Shown piece by piece: positions 8,926 to 18,453 of a DNA stretch of 64,000 nucleotides. Origin of the DNA: a virus (lineage: Duplodnaviria; Caudoviricetes); the IMG/VR virus record IMGVR_UViG_3300044635_001707, positions 924 to 64,923 of that record. One strand, 5' to 3'. The translations under genes and the position numbers were made by a program. Every line of letters begins with the position of its first letter. The first letter of the stretch is position 1. Under the pieces are notes generated by a model. The model worked only from the letters and a program-made list of their open reading frames with translations, was not told the origin of the DNA and searched no databases.

Positions 8926-10006
8926 GGATACCAGAATGTCTAACGATACATTAGAAATAATTTCTTCCATTCTTAAATGTGAAGATAAGCCACTTCTTCA
9001 AAAGGTTTTAGACGCAATCACGGTTTTTGATTCCTTGGATAAATCCGGGAAGTATCATCTAGCGTTTAGTGGTGGCAAAGACTCTCACGCACTTTTGATC
9101 GTGTTTCTGCTGTGGCAGCGAATTAGGGATGTGGAAACACATAATTTTAGGCTGTTTTTTGCGAATACATTAATTGAAACAAGATTATTGTACGAACTTA
9201 TTTCCGCTATTCAAAACTCATTGGATACAATATCTTTGGAGATATTGTATCCAAAACAAAGCTATTGGTTTTACCAATTTGCTGTAGGATATCCTGTCCC
9301 TGACTGGAAAAACAGATGGTGTACACATTACCTAAAAATCGAACCACAAGATAGAGTAAAAAAAGGAGGAATGGTTATTACAGGACGACACTATGGAGAA
9401 AGTTCTGCGCGAGATTCTAGACTTCGGTCAAAGGAAAAAGGATGTTCCACTGGAGAATGTGGAATAGACAAAATTAAATCCTCTATTGATCCAATAATCA
9501 ATTTCCGGAATTGTGATGTTTGGGATTTAATTTTTTATGCAGATGAAACAATACTTTATAAAGGAGTATTTAATGCTCTAACAGCAACATATAACAACGC
9601 TACCGATGAGAAAGGGAGTTTAAGAATGGGATGCATTATGTGTCCAGTTGTTTCTGTCAATACTTTAAAAGCGGATTTATCTCGTCATTCGTTTGTAGGT
9701 ATAAGAGACATCTTGGAAGAACTACGAAATTCCAAAAGAATAAATAGCGCAAGAACAAAAAAGAAAGGAGCAATTTATATAGGTGATCGCCGCATTATAT
9801 GGCAGAAACTAAACAAAGAATTGCTCTTAGGTTTAGGGTATATCACTCAATCAGAAATTGAGTTAATCAGTGAATGCCTAGAATCTGATTACTCTTATCC
9901 CAAGACATACACAAGAGAGTGGATAGATTCTGAGCATCAGCGGCTAGCAAGGCAAACGATTTACACGGATTTACCACTTTTTAAATACGCGGAGTATGTG
10001 ACATGA
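8840..10006 (+). CDS. PAPS reductase family protein (DndC-like); start probably 8903 or 8936
   Basis: AFSGGKDS, RWCT..LKIEP, GRHYGESSARD, RMGCIMCP. Confidence 0.85.
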   Translation: MNQIATIFSIVCLKIQRLGIQMNQNQIYKDTRMSNDTLEIISSILKCEDKPLLQKVLDAITVFDSLDKSGKYHLAFSGGKDSHALLIVFLLWQRIRDVETHNFRLFFANTLIETRLLYELISAIQNSLDTISLEILYPKQSYWFYQFAVGYPVPDWKNRWCTHYLKIEPQDRVKKGGMVITGRHYGESSARDSRLRSKEKGCSTGECGIDKIKSSIDPIINFRNCDVWDLIFYADETILYKGVFNALTATYNNATDEKGSLRMGCIMCPVVSVNTLKADLSRHSFVGIRDILEELRNSKRINSARTKKKGAIYIGDRRIIWQKLNKELLLGLGYITQSEIELISECLESDYSYPKTYTREWIDSEHQRLARQTIYTDLPLFKYAEYVT

Positions 10007-10092
10007 ACCGCAATCGTCGGATATTGCGAACACCGGGAAATTAGGGAAGATCCAAACAAGCAAACAATGAAAAAACAAAATGAGAATCAAAT

Positions 10093-10443
10093 ATGCACGA
10101 CATCCATTCACTTACACTACCTATATGGGCAAAACCCTATGCTTGTGATTTTCCCTCACTAGCCAAAAAAGCGGAAATAGATAAATGGCGAGTTGAGCGT
10201 TCTTTGTTCATCTGGTCTAAAAATTCCGTTGACTATGTTTGCAGAAATATGGATGATGTTCGCAGGATTGTAAATATGCTTGAAACTACTTGGAATGAAC
10301 ACAAAAATCTAGGCTGGACATTAGAGCAGTCAATAGATGCGGAATTAATGAATCTGAGTGCTGACAAGGAAGAAACCGAAGAAAAATTAAATAGAATTAA
10401 CGCCAGGATTAAAGCACTTAAAACCTGGAAGGAAGGGAGCTAA
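10093..10443 (+). CDS. Hypothetical protein
   Basis: ORF with C-terminal coiled coil. Confidence 0.55.
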   Translation: MHDIHSLTLPIWAKPYACDFPSLAKKAEIDKWRVERSLFIWSKNSVDYVCRNMDDVRRIVNMLETTWNEHKNLGWTLEQSIDAELMNLSADKEETEEKLNRINARIKALKTWKEGS

Positions 10444-10528
10444 ATATTTACAAAATCTAGAAATAAGATTACAATAAAGATGTAATCCAACCTTGTATAG
10501 AAACCTGCCACAAAGCAGGTTTTTTTAT

Positions 10529-11317
10529 TCATTCCCCAAACCATAATTGACGGGAATCATCAATAATCTTCTTGTCTAATTCCTCTAAATAATCTCGCCG
10601 CAATTCCTGATTCTCTCTAATGCTTGGCACGTTTTCCCAAGCATAATCAGGAATATTTAACGAATTAAGGTGTCTATTTAATTTAATATAATCGGGTTTT
10701 CCGTTCTTGGACACAAAGCCATAGCGTCTACATAAAGCAGTCTTGTTAATGGTCGAACCATCATTAATTAAATCCTGCTCATGAATAATGCGATCGCGAT
10801 ACTCCACTTTTTCCACAACAGAGTAACCGAGTATCTTTTGCTGCACAGGTTCAGGGCAAGTAGCAACAATTAAATGACGTGCATCAAGTACGGCTTTTTC
10901 CGCTAAAGCTTTTTGAGTTTCCGCCTGTGCTAATTGCAAACGTAGCTCTAGTTCGCGGATGTGGTCATTTTGTGCAGGAATGACGGTTTTAATTATTTGT
11001 TTGGCTTCTGAAAATGACTTAACCAGTGTTCGCTTGCATTTTCTGACCTGCTCAGTATTTTTTGATAGGGTCATTACGTAAGTAGCTTGATCTTCGTTCA
11101 AGTAGGCAAACAGTGTAATATTTGTTGCCTTGGATGAGCTTACTACAGATGCGTTTTCAAATCGCAGGTGTCCAAATTCCTGTAACTCGGTCTGATACTT
11201 TCTGATAGTCCTGAAAAATGATCTATGCTCAATCCCCAGTTCTTTGGCTATCAGTCGGGAATCAACAACTAGCTCATCATCTTTCTGAATTACATCAATT
11301 TTTGCTAAACTGTTCAT
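10529..11317 (-). CDS. Rha-family phage regulatory/antirepressor protein
   Basis: LVVDSRLIAKELGIEHRS..LNEDQATYVMTLSKNT..KRTLVKSF. Confidence 0.85.
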   Translation of the reverse strand: MNSLAKIDVIQKDDELVVDSRLIAKELGIEHRSFFRTIRKYQTELQEFGHLRFENASVVSSSKATNITLFAYLNEDQATYVMTLSKNTEQVRKCKRTLVKSFSEAKQIIKTVIPAQNDHIRELELRLQLAQAETQKALAEKAVLDARHLIVATCPEPVQQKILGYSVVEKVEYRDRIIHEQDLINDGSTINKTALCRRYGFVSKNGKPDYIKLNRHLNSLNIPDYAWENVPSIRENQELRRDYLEELDKKIIDDSRQLWFGE

Positions 11318-11614
11318 AAGTTCATTTTGGACTGTAATGGACTGTCAACTGGAACGGCGGGAGTATTGCGCGCTCCCTCACCGTGTTGACCTATCTATTA
11401 CATGATAACACTATATTTTTCTCGATATGTGCTAAATTATTCATAGCATTCCTTTGTGTTTAGTAACTTCTGGTAAGCATGAGTAACGCAAGTTACTTTA
11501 CGCTTGCCAGACTACATAAATATTACAGATATCCCTATAACTTCATCTTTTATTCGATAGACGCAAGCATTGAACATCATGCTATGCTCAATTTATCCAC
11601 AATAATAGATATTT

Positions 11615-11821
11615 ATGGCAAGCTTAAAAAATCTCAGGCCACGAGAGCCGCGCTACATCGAAAATAAAGTCAGACACACTATTTGCGTTACCCCGACCGC
11701 GTGGGAGAATTTGCAAAAAGAAGCTCTTCTAAGAGGGACATCTGTATCTGAGTTAATTGAACTTTTTGCACGGAAAGCCTTATCTGTTGAGGATTACAAG
11801 AAATTTCTCAAGAGGGGTTGA
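11615..11821 (+). CDS. Ribbon-helix-helix protein
   Basis: RHTICVTPTAWENLQKEA..GTSVSELIELFAR. Confidence 0.75.
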   Translation: MASLKNLRPREPRYIENKVRHTICVTPTAWENLQKEALLRGTSVSELIELFARKALSVEDYKKFLKRG

Positions 11822-11853
11822 CATATCTCAATTATTGCGTAATAATTGAGATA
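11818..11853 (+). promoter_or_regulatory. Sigma70-type promoter overlapped by a 13-bp inverted repeat operator
   Basis: TTGACA at 11818; TATCTCAATTATT-GCGT-AATAATTGAGATA perfect inverted repeat. Confidence 0.7.
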
Positions 11854-11921
11854 TAAACAAAGCGACCGCCGCACCGTGGAAAGTCAAGCGATCGCCTTCA
11901 ACCTAATAGGTCTAATTAACT

Positions 11922-12713
11922 ATGTCACACCCTATCTACTCTCGTCAACAACTCCTTAACAGAGGAATGGTCAAGGTCAAGAAAGTCGCTGCTGACATGG
12001 GCGTTTTGCCCAGTGGCGACAAGAGGTTGATTAATAATTGGGTAGAGGCTATTCTGGCGCATCAAGCTAAGACTCTAGCGAAAGTAGAGGAAAAATCCGC
12101 CGTCATCGAGTTCGATGGCGATAGCTACGAAGGTTTGACACAGCCTTACATGGTTGTGTCTGAGGGTAAGATTATCCATCGCACAGAAACCTACCTTCAA
12201 GCAGAGAGATTCTGCGTAAACGCAGGACTTATCTTAGTAGAGCCACAAGAGGTGGCACAGGCGGAACTAGAAGCGGAACTAGAGACAGAATTGCAAGTAG
12301 TGGCTATAGATTTTGGCTACCACGAGGTGGTCAAAAATGGCGATGTAGTCGCCACAATAGAAATAGTGTTTGACAGAGACCACGATACGGTCTCATGGGC
12401 TGTCCGCAAAGGCTTGGACAGGTTGCTATTCATAGCCTACGAAGATGCAGAAAATTTTGCGCTCAATGACGAGCGTGGTAGTGGTCGCATAAACCAGCCT
12501 ATCGAAGAGATAGGGTATATTATCGAAGATATGAATTTTGTTGACCTTTGGGGTCAGCAATACTCCGTGAGGTTCAACGGGACTTTAGCCGGATACATCT
12601 GGCTAGATGACCGATGGGGATGGACGTTAGATGGCGAAGACTTCTTCGACGACTGGCGACCAGTTGCCAAGAACTTGGTTAAATTGACCAAGCGAGAATA
12701 CGCCACGGTTTAG
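11922..12713 (+). CDS. Hypothetical phage protein
   Basis: 263-aa ORF after promoter. Confidence 0.7.
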   Translation: MSHPIYSRQQLLNRGMVKVKKVAADMGVLPSGDKRLINNWVEAILAHQAKTLAKVEEKSAVIEFDGDSYEGLTQPYMVVSEGKIIHRTETYLQAERFCVNAGLILVEPQEVAQAELEAELETELQVVAIDFGYHEVVKNGDVVATIEIVFDRDHDTVSWAVRKGLDRLLFIAYEDAENFALNDERGSGRINQPIEEIGYIIEDMNFVDLWGQQYSVRFNGTLAGYIWLDDRWGWTLDGEDFFDDWRPVAKNLVKLTKREYATV

Positions 12714-12781
12714 CACAAAGGCTGGGTGCGATGCCTTATCAAATCCGCGCGAATAACACCAAGGACAAACTAAGGAACAAC

Positions 12782-13936
12782 ATGACCGCACTATTAGATC
12801 AATTCGCAGCACATACAGTAGCATCAAAAGAAATCCCATACTGTCAAATAATTAGTCCACCGAATCTCAAGCCCGCAGAATTAGATAAATGGGTAAAAAG
12901 TGGTGGCATGAGCCAAATAGGCTTTTTTATTAAAGCAGCAGAAGCCGAAAAGGTGGGATTTATCGCAGATGATACCTGGATTCCATATGAAGCCAGCCTT
13001 GGTGATGGAACGGAAATCGGTTTCATTTGCTCTAATCCCAAATTCGTTGTTATCCATAAATCTCAGAGGGAAATCCAGTATCGCACTTCCCAAGACGATA
13101 GATACGGATTTGTTGGGCTGGCCTGGGAAAATGGCAGTGAGACAGAGTTTGCTAAAGCTGCTGCGGCGGACACCAACGAACTGTACAAGATAGTAACTCG
13201 GCATCTTCTCCTGTTCCTGGGAAAAGACGACCAGCCTTTGCACACAACACCAATTCAATACACAGCGAAAGGTGCTTTTGCTGCTAGTTTGTATGCAGAA
13301 ACATCTGAACTATATAAGCAGCTCTCTAAGGTTTATGTTACCCGCAGTAGAATGGCAGGTAAACAAGTCAACGGCGGTATGCTATCGCCTTTCGCGTTGG
13401 CTTTTGCAAAGGTTGATATTAAAATTGGGTTTTCCAGGAACAAGCCTACTGAATCACCTTTCTGTGTTCCCGCTTCTATTGCATTCCCCACGGTTGACAA
13501 CGTGGGAGTTGATATGGAATTTTATCGCAAAAAAGGCAATAGAAATATCATCTTCCATGGCCTTGCATTAGAAGATGCGATGATTGATATGACTTCAGAA
13601 GCGGGCAAATTAATCGCTTCATGGCATTCTGAATACAAGGCTTTCCCTAAGCCACGTCGTGAACTCCCTCGCTACGAAGGTCGTGTAACCTTTTCTGACA
13701 TCACGTACATGGAGAATGGGGAAATTGTAGCCAAGATACTACCTGATGGGAGGAGATGCCGTATCCCTGTTGATTTAGCTCATATTGTTATGGGCGGTGA
13801 ATATGAAATCTCTGGGATTATTGATGGGGAAGTAATTACCATCAAAACAGCCGACCCGTTTGACGACGGGTATAGCCCAAAAGGCAAACCCCGCGATGTC
13901 AGTAGTTATGAGGATGACTTGTATCCTCCCTACTAA
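12782..13936 (+). CDS. Conserved cyanobacterial phage protein (DUF5895-like)
   Basis: IPYCQIISP..GFFI..LH..PIQYTAKGAFAASL pattern; acidic C-tail. Confidence 0.55.
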   Translation: MTALLDQFAAHTVASKEIPYCQIISPPNLKPAELDKWVKSGGMSQIGFFIKAAEAEKVGFIADDTWIPYEASLGDGTEIGFICSNPKFVVIHKSQREIQYRTSQDDRYGFVGLAWENGSETEFAKAAAADTNELYKIVTRHLLLFLGKDDQPLHTTPIQYTAKGAFAASLYAETSELYKQLSKVYVTRSRMAGKQVNGGMLSPFALAFAKVDIKIGFSRNKPTESPFCVPASIAFPTVDNVGVDMEFYRKKGNRNIIFHGLALEDAMIDMTSEAGKLIASWHSEYKAFPKPRRELPRYEGRVTFSDITYMENGEIVAKILPDGRRCRIPVDLAHIVMGGEYEISGIIDGEVITIKTADPFDDGYSPKGKPRDVSSYEDDLYPPY

Positions 13937-13999
13937 TTCAATCGGCACTAAGTGCTAATCCTAAATTAGTGCTTAGTGCCATTATTAAACTAAAAAAAT

Positions 14000-14227
14000 A
14001 TGCAGACTTATCAATTCATTAGCTTGTTTAGCCCGTCCGAGGTTTCTCTCGATGAGAACCTACGATGGGTGGAGGACGGATTCAGTTGGAGTTGGCACGA
14101 CAACGCCAACTGGTGGGCTTATGAGCTCAGTTTCGATCCTGATGCCAACGACGCTCCTTGCGGTATCAACGACATTATCTATAGCTACGGATTTGAATCT
14201 TTCATTAGTAGTCCGCTTGACCACTGA
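14000..14227 (+). CDS. Small acidic hypothetical protein
   Basis: ORF followed by terminator. Confidence 0.5.
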   Translation: MQTYQFISLFSPSEVSLDENLRWVEDGFSWSWHDNANWWAYELSFDPDANDAPCGINDIIYSYGFESFISSPLDH

Positions 14228-14518
14228 CGGATAAATAAGAACAATCAAAAGCCGCTACACAACTTAGTATGTGTAGCGGCTTTTTAATGCAATCAAAACA
14301 ATGATAAAATTATCGGCATATCTATATCAAATTATCTCAAATGTACAGCCCGACACAAAAACTCCAGTCATTGCTTGACGGATTTGGCGGTAAACATAAT
14401 GGCAAAATTGAAAAATCAAGTAGCGGATTTTACTATGTAGACAAAGCACGACGGGAATATTTAGGTAACGATTACTACGCCTGTATGTCAATTGTCAAGC
14501 AACTATTTATTTAGACCC

Positions 14519-15130
14519 ATGATATTAAACGACTCCCAAATTATGCAATATGCCATTGAAGGCATGATTACACCATTTCAGGTGCAATTAATCAGAGAAG
14601 TCAGCATTTGTGGGCATGAGCAAATGTCCAGTCAAATCAGAAAAGCTATCAGTTACGGACTTAGCTCCTATGGCTACGACATCAGATTAAGTAGCAAGGA
14701 ATTTAAGATATTTAGACATATTCCTGGAACAATTGTTAATCCCAAAAACTTCAATTCCCAGAACCTTGAATCGGTAGAATTACAGCAAGATAAATGGGGC
14801 GATTTTTTCATTATTCCTGCACATTCCTATGGACTAGGAGTAGCTATTGAAAAATTACAAATGCCTCCAAACTTAACAGCTATTTGCATAGGAAAATCAA
14901 CCTATGCCCGCGCTGGTTTGATAGCGAACCTAACCCCAGTTGAGGCTTCATGGATTGGGCATTTAACAATAGAAATATCAAATTCATCAAGTGCTGATTG
15001 CCGGGTTTACGCCAATGAAGGCATAGCACAATTATTATTTTTCCAGGGTGAAGAATGCGCCGTCAACTATGAATCTCGCCAGGGAAAATACCAAAATCAA
15101 CCAGAGGAAATCGTATTACCATTAGTGTAA
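14519..15130 (+). CDS. dcd: dCTP deaminase
   Basis: ISYGLSSYGYDIRL, GKSTYARAG, TPVEASW.GHLTIEISN, YANEGIAQLLF. Confidence 0.95.
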   Translation: MILNDSQIMQYAIEGMITPFQVQLIREVSICGHEQMSSQIRKAISYGLSSYGYDIRLSSKEFKIFRHIPGTIVNPKNFNSQNLESVELQQDKWGDFFIIPAHSYGLGVAIEKLQMPPNLTAICIGKSTYARAGLIANLTPVEASWIGHLTIEISNSSSADCRVYANEGIAQLLFFQGEECAVNYESRQGKYQNQPEEIVLPLV

Positions 15131-15522
15131 TGTCTAAGCAGAAAGGTAATAAGAACTGGACAACAAAAGAAATAGAGATAGTAGAAGAAAATGCCGGGTT
15201 TATACCACCTACTAAAATAGTACAGGTATTGAATAAACACGGCTTTTACAGAACAGAAATAGCAATAAAAAATTACTGCATAACTCACAACATTTCTTTT
15301 GCTTGTCAATACGATAATATATCATTGCGTAAACTTGCCAAGATACTAGGAGTCAGTTCGTCTACTTCTTCCTATTGGTACAAGAGCGGGCAATTACCAA
15401 CTCATAAATACAAATCTCGTCAAATAATGGTGAGATTCAAGGATGTACAAAACTTCCTTAAAAGTCGCACCTTTAAAACCAATTTCAATAAAGAGGGTAT
15501 TAATTTTTTCTTAGGAGAATAA
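15130..15522 (+). CDS. HTH DNA-binding protein
   Basis: WTTKEIE Myb-like start; LRKLAKILGVSSSTSSYW HTH. Confidence 0.65.
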   Translation: MSKQKGNKNWTTKEIEIVEENAGFIPPTKIVQVLNKHGFYRTEIAIKNYCITHNISFACQYDNISLRKLAKILGVSSSTSSYWYKSGQLPTHKYKSRQIMVRFKDVQNFLKSRTFKTNFNKEGINFFLGE

Positions 15523-15526
15523 CATT

Positions 15527-15865
15527 ATGGCAAATCGCAATTACACCTATTTATTAATATTAGATATTCTATTTAGTCGCGGTAGATGCACAGCAGAAGA
15601 TATAGCCAAAGATGAGGATTTCTTAAATAAAAAACCAGCTACAATTCGATTATATTTAAGAGAATTAGCCAGCTTAAAACTAATAGATATCCATGCCTGG
15701 GAAGAAGAGGATATTTCTGAATCAGGCAGAAGGCCTCACAATACATATTCTTTAAAATGTAATTGCCCATTGCCTGGCGAGATGGATGAATGTGCGAAAT
15801 GTCCATCAGGGAAGATAATCAAAAGATTAATCGCCAGTCAGGCAACATCCCAGGCGTGTGTGTGA
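15527..15865 (+). CDS. Winged-HTH protein with Cys motif
   Basis: TAEDIA..TIRLYLRELASLKLI..GRRPHNTY; CxC..CxxC. Confidence 0.6.
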   Translation: MANRNYTYLLILDILFSRGRCTAEDIAKDEDFLNKKPATIRLYLRELASLKLIDIHAWEEEDISESGRRPHNTYSLKCNCPLPGEMDECAKCPSGKIIKRLIASQATSQACV

Positions 15866-15883
15866 TGCCGCCAAAAGAATGAT

Positions 15884-16120
15884 ATGATTCTGGCATACAG
15901 ATTGGGATATCTTATGGAAAAACATCACGATACACAGGTGGAAGTCAGGTGTAGACAGGATTTAAAGGAAAGTCTGTCTAGAAAACTCATAGCTTGCGGC
16001 TATGTCTACCCCAAGGGAACGGAAGCACTGCCAAGCTTTGCTAAATTCCTGGAAGCGTTAGACAGCAAGGATTTGAAGTGGTTTAGAAAAAATTTCAGAA
16101 AAGGGGTTGACAATTCCTGA
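15884..16120 (+). CDS. Small putative DNA-binding protein, paralog of 19318-19539
   Basis: Shares SLSRKLIACGY.Y..E.L..FA.FLE.LDSKDL.WF..NF. Confidence 0.65.
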   Translation: MILAYRLGYLMEKHHDTQVEVRCRQDLKESLSRKLIACGYVYPKGTEALPSFAKFLEALDSKDLKWFRKNFRKGVDNS

Positions 16121-16135
16121 CAACTGGGATACAGT
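16107..16135 (+). promoter_or_regulatory. Sigma70-type promoter of accessory operon
   Basis: TTGACA-17 nt-TACAGT. Confidence 0.65.
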
Positions 16136-16183
16136 TTGAATATAGGAGACGAGGCAATCACCACTCACACCTCGGTTAAGTTG

Positions 16184-17326
16184 ATGAAAGATTTGCAAAA
16201 AAGACAACAAACTTTAATCAATTTAATCACCCGTGTAGGTGGTCGTCAAAACATCCAGAAATGGATGGACGAGATTTTGAAAATTGATATTAGGTTGGAG
16301 GCTAGGACGATGTTTACATACAAAGGTTATTCAATTCTTGAAGCTGGAGACGAAGCCGGATTGCATTTCAACGGCAAAAAAGTACAGACAGACCTAGTGG
16401 CTGTCTACCGGATTGATGAGTTCGTAGAATTGTTAGATGAACATGGTTTAAACTGGGCTGCCCGCCTTCGGGCAGAAGAAAAAGATCCAACAAAAGAAAA
16501 ATTAGAACCGACAAATGAAGAGCTGATAATTTATCAACAAAAACGTCAGCATCAACAGATGCTACAAGATAGCTTTGACAACAACGAATGGAAGCTTCAA
16601 TGGCGGGAGGTTTTTGTGGCTCAGACCGGAACAGCCACGGAGCGAATTCCTGTCTACAAGCATCCAGCTTTTAGAGAAAGACACAACCTCACGATAACCC
16701 ACGAAGAAGACGCGCAAGCATGGCTCGCTGCGTCAGTAGCTAGACGTGAAATTCAGCAACTAAATGAATCACGATTTAAATTGTGGGTTGATCACCACTT
16801 CTGTGGTGGTATTTTTGAATCTACAGATGATGAATATTCTTATGAAAAATGGTGTCAAATGGAAGACATCATTAACGAAAACGATTATTATTCTACTTCA
16901 CCTGAAGTAGAGAAAGCCAGAGCCTACCTTACTAAATACAAGCTTCAAGGTGAAGCTGATGAAGAAAAAATTAGACAAGAAAAAGATAGGCAAATAGACG
17001 ATAATTATCGTCTGGCCACAGAAAAAATCTTCGGCATCCCTGGCATGAAGCCAGAATACTTGGAAAGAATGCGATACGGAATATATCTCCTTGGCGGCGA
17101 CAAGGGACGGAAATATCGTTACGCCGACTTTAGTGGTGAATACTGCTACAACCACATTCAAGTGTGGCATCAAAGCAGACCTATTTCTGGTGTTGACGAA
17201 ATAACACCAGAAATGATAAGCAACGCAGCTGATTATTGCAGGGAAAAGGGATATTCAGACTACAAAAAAGCTAGAGAGGGTAAACCTGTTAAATCCTTCG
17301 AGAAATGGCTACAAACCGTAGCCTAG
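16184..17326 (+). CDS. Hypothetical protein
   Basis: Long ORF after promoter; start uncertain. Confidence 0.7.
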   Translation: MKDLQKRQQTLINLITRVGGRQNIQKWMDEILKIDIRLEARTMFTYKGYSILEAGDEAGLHFNGKKVQTDLVAVYRIDEFVELLDEHGLNWAARLRAEEKDPTKEKLEPTNEELIIYQQKRQHQQMLQDSFDNNEWKLQWREVFVAQTGTATERIPVYKHPAFRERHNLTITHEEDAQAWLAASVARREIQQLNESRFKLWVDHHFCGGIFESTDDEYSYEKWCQMEDIINENDYYSTSPEVEKARAYLTKYKLQGEADEEKIRQEKDRQIDDNYRLATEKIFGIPGMKPEYLERMRYGIYLLGGDKGRKYRYADFSGEYCYNHIQVWHQSRPISGVDEITPEMISNAADYCREKGYSDYKKAREGKPVKSFEKWLQTVA

Positions 17327-17382
17327 CCCACCTGATGAGTCCGGCTGGCGACCGGACGAAACACTCCCTTGAGTGTCGTGGG
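17327..17382 (+). ncRNA. Hammerhead ribozyme type I (HH1)
   Basis: Stem I CCCAC/GTGGG, CTGATGA, stem II GTCCGG/CCGGAC, GAAA, stem III CACTC/GAGTG, GTC site (cut after 17377). Confidence 0.95.
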
Positions 17383-17409
17383 AAGCCGTTACATACCCAC
17401 TGGAAATCT

Positions 17410-17655
17410 ATGACCACTTACTCTTTTTTATCCCAAGAATTAAACACACAACTCGGTATCGTTGCCGATGTTATCATCGCCGACGATGAATGCCACGAGA
17501 TCACCCTTACTCAGGGTGATCACGTGATAGCCGCAACGATAGACCCTTTAACTTTGATAGGATTATTTCAAATGGGAGTCAAAGTCTCCCTTTTAGACAC
17601 TGAACTCACGGAAAATCAGAAGGCAGGATTGATGTATTCTTTAGTCTTAGACTAA
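17410..17655 (+). CDS. Small acidic protein flanked by two hammerheads
   Basis: ATG at 17410 just after HH1; the longer ORF-track start runs through the ribozyme. Confidence 0.7.
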   Translation: MTTYSFLSQELNTQLGIVADVIIADDECHEITLTQGDHVIAATIDPLTLIGLFQMGVKVSLLDTELTENQKAGLMYSLVLD

Positions 17656-17670
17656 AGGCAAACTTTGTAG

Positions 17671-17726
17671 CCCACCTGACGAGTCCGGTTGGCAACCGGA
17701 TGAAACTACCACCTGGTAGTAGTGGG
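17671..17726 (+). ncRNA. Hammerhead ribozyme type I (HH2)
   Basis: CCCAC-CTGACGA-GTCCGG..CCGGAT-GAAA-CTACC/GGTAG-TA-GTGGG; stem III covaries with HH1; cut after 17721. Confidence 0.93.
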
Positions 17727-17752
17727 AAGCCGTTACACCCCACTGGAGAAGG

Positions 17753-18049
17753 ATGAACAAAGCCTTAGAGCGTCCGCTTAAATGGCATCAAGAAAAATTC
17801 TATGCCATGAGGGAACAACAAGTAAGATGCTACCTGTTGTTCCAAATGACAGAAGACGGGGAGGAGCATAACCGCTTCTTCCCATACACAAAAGAAGGAC
17901 ATAAAGCCGCTTTAGCCTTAGCCAAGAAGCTAGGGCAAAGACCAGATCGAATTCAAGCCACCACCGAGAAACTGAAATGGATTCTACCCTACGGAGTGCG
18001 CTCCGTAGAAGATTACGAAAAATGGTGTAAAGAGTGGGGTGTCGCCTGA
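17753..18049 (+). CDS. Hypothetical protein
   Basis: GGAG RBS after HH2. Confidence 0.65.
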   Translation: MNKALERPLKWHQEKFYAMREQQVRCYLLFQMTEDGEEHNRFFPYTKEGHKAALALAKKLGQRPDRIQATTEKLKWILPYGVRSVEDYEKWCKEWGVA

Positions 18050-18276
18050 TGTCCTACCGCTTAATGAAATACGCTTACGCGGTAGGCAATAGTATCATAG
18101 GCTACTCTGACAAAAACACAGTCAAAGTAGCTGGGGAAATAAATCCCCAAGGGGCAGACTGGTACACCGTCACAACGCCAGTTACCTGGTGTTGTGACGG
18201 TGACCTGTTTAAGGGTGATGATGGGGAAATCATTGCCCGTCGGGAACTAGAGAAAAGAATGGGATGGAATAAGTAA
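18049..18276 (+). CDS. Hypothetical protein
   Basis: TGATG-coupled to upstream ORF. Confidence 0.6.
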   Translation: MSYRLMKYAYAVGNSIIGYSDKNTVKVAGEINPQGADWYTVTTPVTWCCDGDLFKGDDGEIIARRELEKRMGWNK

Positions 18277-18453
18277 ATCAAAAGCGATCGCCCCTCCGAC
18301 CAAGAAGTAAGCGATCGCCTATCACACCAATCATGATGAGATTAGTGAATTATATCCTAGTTGCCGTCATTTTGATCATATCTGCTAGGGATGATCAGAC
18401 AGGTGATTGCCTGAAACGCGGCGACTGCAAAGCAAACATTACACAAAAAACAA

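Noticed and set aside
17305-17409. ORF-track N-termini with MSPAG(D/N)RTKHSLECRG here and at 61266, suggesting a shared peptide domain
   Set aside because: They are translations of the hammerhead repeat; the likely starts are 17410 and 61341
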